This document shows positions 61,910 through 64,000 of a stretch of 64,000 nucleotides of DNA, piece by piece. The first letter of the stretch is position 1. Each line of letters begins with the position of its first letter. Both the position numbers and the translations under genes were made by a program. The notes beneath the pieces were generated by a model. That model did no database searches and was not told the origin of the DNA. It saw nothing but the letters and a program-made list of their open reading frames with translations. The stretch is taken from the NCBI GenBank assembly GCA_030324005.1, contig JARDVH010000084.1:52615366-52679365 (forward strand), read 5' to 3'. The DNA comes from Negaprion brevirostris (Eukaryota).

Positions 61910-62820
61910 TTCTAGTGGTAGTGCAAACAGGTTCAAGTCTCACTTCAGGACTTGGGTGCACAAACCTATGCAGACACCCCAATGCAGTATCGAGGGAGCA
62001 TTACATTATCTTTTGGGTGAGACATTAAACTGAGGCTCCACCTGCCTGCTTGACTGGTTGTAAAAGGTCCCACTGCATTATTTCAAAGAGGACCAGGGAT
62101 ATCCCTGGTCAATCTTTTTGACTAAATGAATAAATTAAATCAAATTAACTGAGGGACAAATTAAAAGGTCCAGTCCCCAAAAAGGAACCATCTGAAACAG
62201 AAAACAAAACTTAAAACATCAAACTAAAATGTGATTGAAGGGGTCAATAATATACCCCAACTCTGGGGTGCCCAATGAGCACGGGAGGCTTCAAACAGTA
62301 CCCTCGGACACCGCATGCTCCCTGTCCATAGATACCCAACTACAAATGTAGCTGCAGTAGAGGAGCACAGTTGGACGACCCCCTTGGTCACCAACTGACT
62401 GGATCTGTTGATGGCAAGTTTGGCCAGGCCTAGGAGCAGGTTCACTAGGAGGTCCTTCACCTTCCCCACCCGCCTCCCTGCCACTAGGTGCCCACAGACC
62501 AGGAGCATAGGGCTGAAGTGCAAAGAAAACATCAATAAAGGTTTTTAAGGTAACTGAAAAGGGAGTGCAGCCTGTAACATGGTCCACGGACTCAGCAAGA
62601 TTGCAAAAAGGGCAAATTTCTGGGAACACATGAACCAGTGCAAACTAATATTTATTAATCAACATCACAAAAAAAATCAATTAGCAATTGCTGTTTTTGG
62701 GAATTTGCTGAGTGAAAATAAGCTGCCATATTCCTTACATTACAATGACACATCACTGGCTGTAAGAGCTTTGAGACATCATGGTAGTTGTGAAGTGTGA
62801 CGTCAATGCAAGTTTTCCTT
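61910..62820 (+). mobile_element. DeuSINE (SacSINE-like) split by an insertion
   Basis: Head and Deu domain at 61910-62113 (ggttcaagtctcact...gagacattaaactgaggc...tgtaaaaggtcccactgcattatttc); tail at about 62640-62820. Confidence 0.65.
62120..62635 (-). mobile_element. Tx1/L1-clade LINE 3' end
   Basis: CPFCNLAESVDHV knuckle and FSLHFSP...DLLVNLLLGLAKLAINRS; A/T-rich end. Confidence 0.72.
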
Positions 62821-63389
62821 TTCTCCTTTTTACCTTATTTCTTTCTTGCTCCTCAGTGGTCAACTACTAAAACCTTTAAAAATGCCATTGAGAGAAGGCA
62901 ATTTATTTTTTCAATGGGCAAGCAGTTTCCAGGTACTGTGTCTCTCAAGAGCAACTTTCCCCAATAATTTATTTTGATATTATTTTCTGCTCTCTATAAA
63001 GAGGACAATAGTTTAAACAGATACTGATAAACGGTATTAAGTTTATAGGTTAACTAGATATACCTTTTGTTCTAACTATAAGTAATTGCTCAGTGATATT
63101 CCTAAATGCAATATTTCTACTGCATCATAGTGAAGATGGAGAGCAGATGCTTTGTAGCATCTGCAACATGGGGATGGGGGTGTGTGCTGGCGTACATCAG
63201 TGTGATCCACAACAGTCGCATTTATAGTAAGTATCAGCAACATGACAAACTTGGTGGTTCAGAGTTGATCAGCTTCAGACACTGCAATGCACTGGGGAGG
63301 GAGGTTACATGGGCCAAGTGGCAGTCACTTCCCTTAGATGAGGTACTTCAAATTTGCTCCATGATCAAGAGGGACATCAATAAGTCAGG

Positions 63390-63790
63390 ATGGTGAGTAA
63401 GTTAGGTGGGAACATTCAGGTGATGGTGTTCCCAGGTATCTGTTGTTCTTGTCCTTCTATATGGTAGCGGTCATGATTTGGAAGGTGCTGCCTAAAGAAA
63501 CATGGCGAGTTCCTGCAGTACATCTTTTATGTTCTATCTCTTAGATGATACACACTAATGCGACTGTCCCATCGGTGGTGGAGGGAGTACCAACCAAGTG
63601 GGCTGCTTTGTCCTGGATACTGTTGAGCTTCTCAAGTGTTGTTGCAACCGTACTCATCCAGGCATGTCAAGAGTATTCCATCACATTCCTGATGTGTGGC
63701 TTGTAGATGGTGGACAGGTTTGAGGAGTGAGATGGCAAGTTGCTCATCATAGGATTCCAAGCCTTTATCTGCACTTGTAGCCACAGTATT
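63390..63790 (-). mobile_element. LINE fragment (endonuclease region)
   Basis: Shares sequence with about 55470-55810 (gcactcatccaggcaagtg...); degenerate coding character. Confidence 0.45.
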
Positions 63791-64000
63791 TTTATTTGAT
63801 TTGCTTTGTTATGGTCATGTATTGGGATACAGTGAAAAGCATGTTTATTGCACGTTACACAGACAAAACAGTGTTCATTGAATACATAGGGGAGAAGGAA
63901 ATGTTGTAGTTACAGACAGGGTAAAGAGAAAGATCAGCTTAAAACATAAAAGGTCCATTCAAAAAGTTTGATGTCAGCAAGGAAGAATGAGTCCTGCTCA

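Noticed and set aside
1-64000. Prokaryotic systems (CRISPR arrays, operons, defence loci)
   Set aside because: The sequence is a spliced vertebrate locus; no regularly spaced repeat-spacer array or long intact intronless ORF was seen.

Overview
Vertebrate genomic DNA, most likely a cartilaginous fish (inferred from V-SINE/HE1-type SINEs, DeuSINEs, CR1 and Penelope-like repeats), from a draft assembly with many N-gaps. The window is dominated by a minus-strand DHX9 (RNA helicase A) gene. The ATG is at 61713 and the stop at 7387-7389. I traced 26 coding exons with GT-AG borders and consistent phases (human exon numbers 2-26 and 28). The exon equivalent to human exon 27 is not visible and probably lies in a gap. 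The last coding exon of SHCBP1L (+, 648-893) lies tail-to-tail with DHX9, as in human. Introns are full of decayed retroelements (CR1, L1/Tx1, RTE, Rex1-like, Penelope-like, SINEs, a probable solo LTR). The most notable observations are candidate stop-containing (poison) cassette exons in repeat-poor parts of introns 6 and 4, a family of short palindromic Penelope-derived insertions with target-site duplications and hammerhead-ribozyme core motifs, and several long intronic inverted repeats inside the gene of a dsRNA helicase. Exon coordinates were read base by base. Repeat boundaries are approximate and family names are from recall, not database searches.
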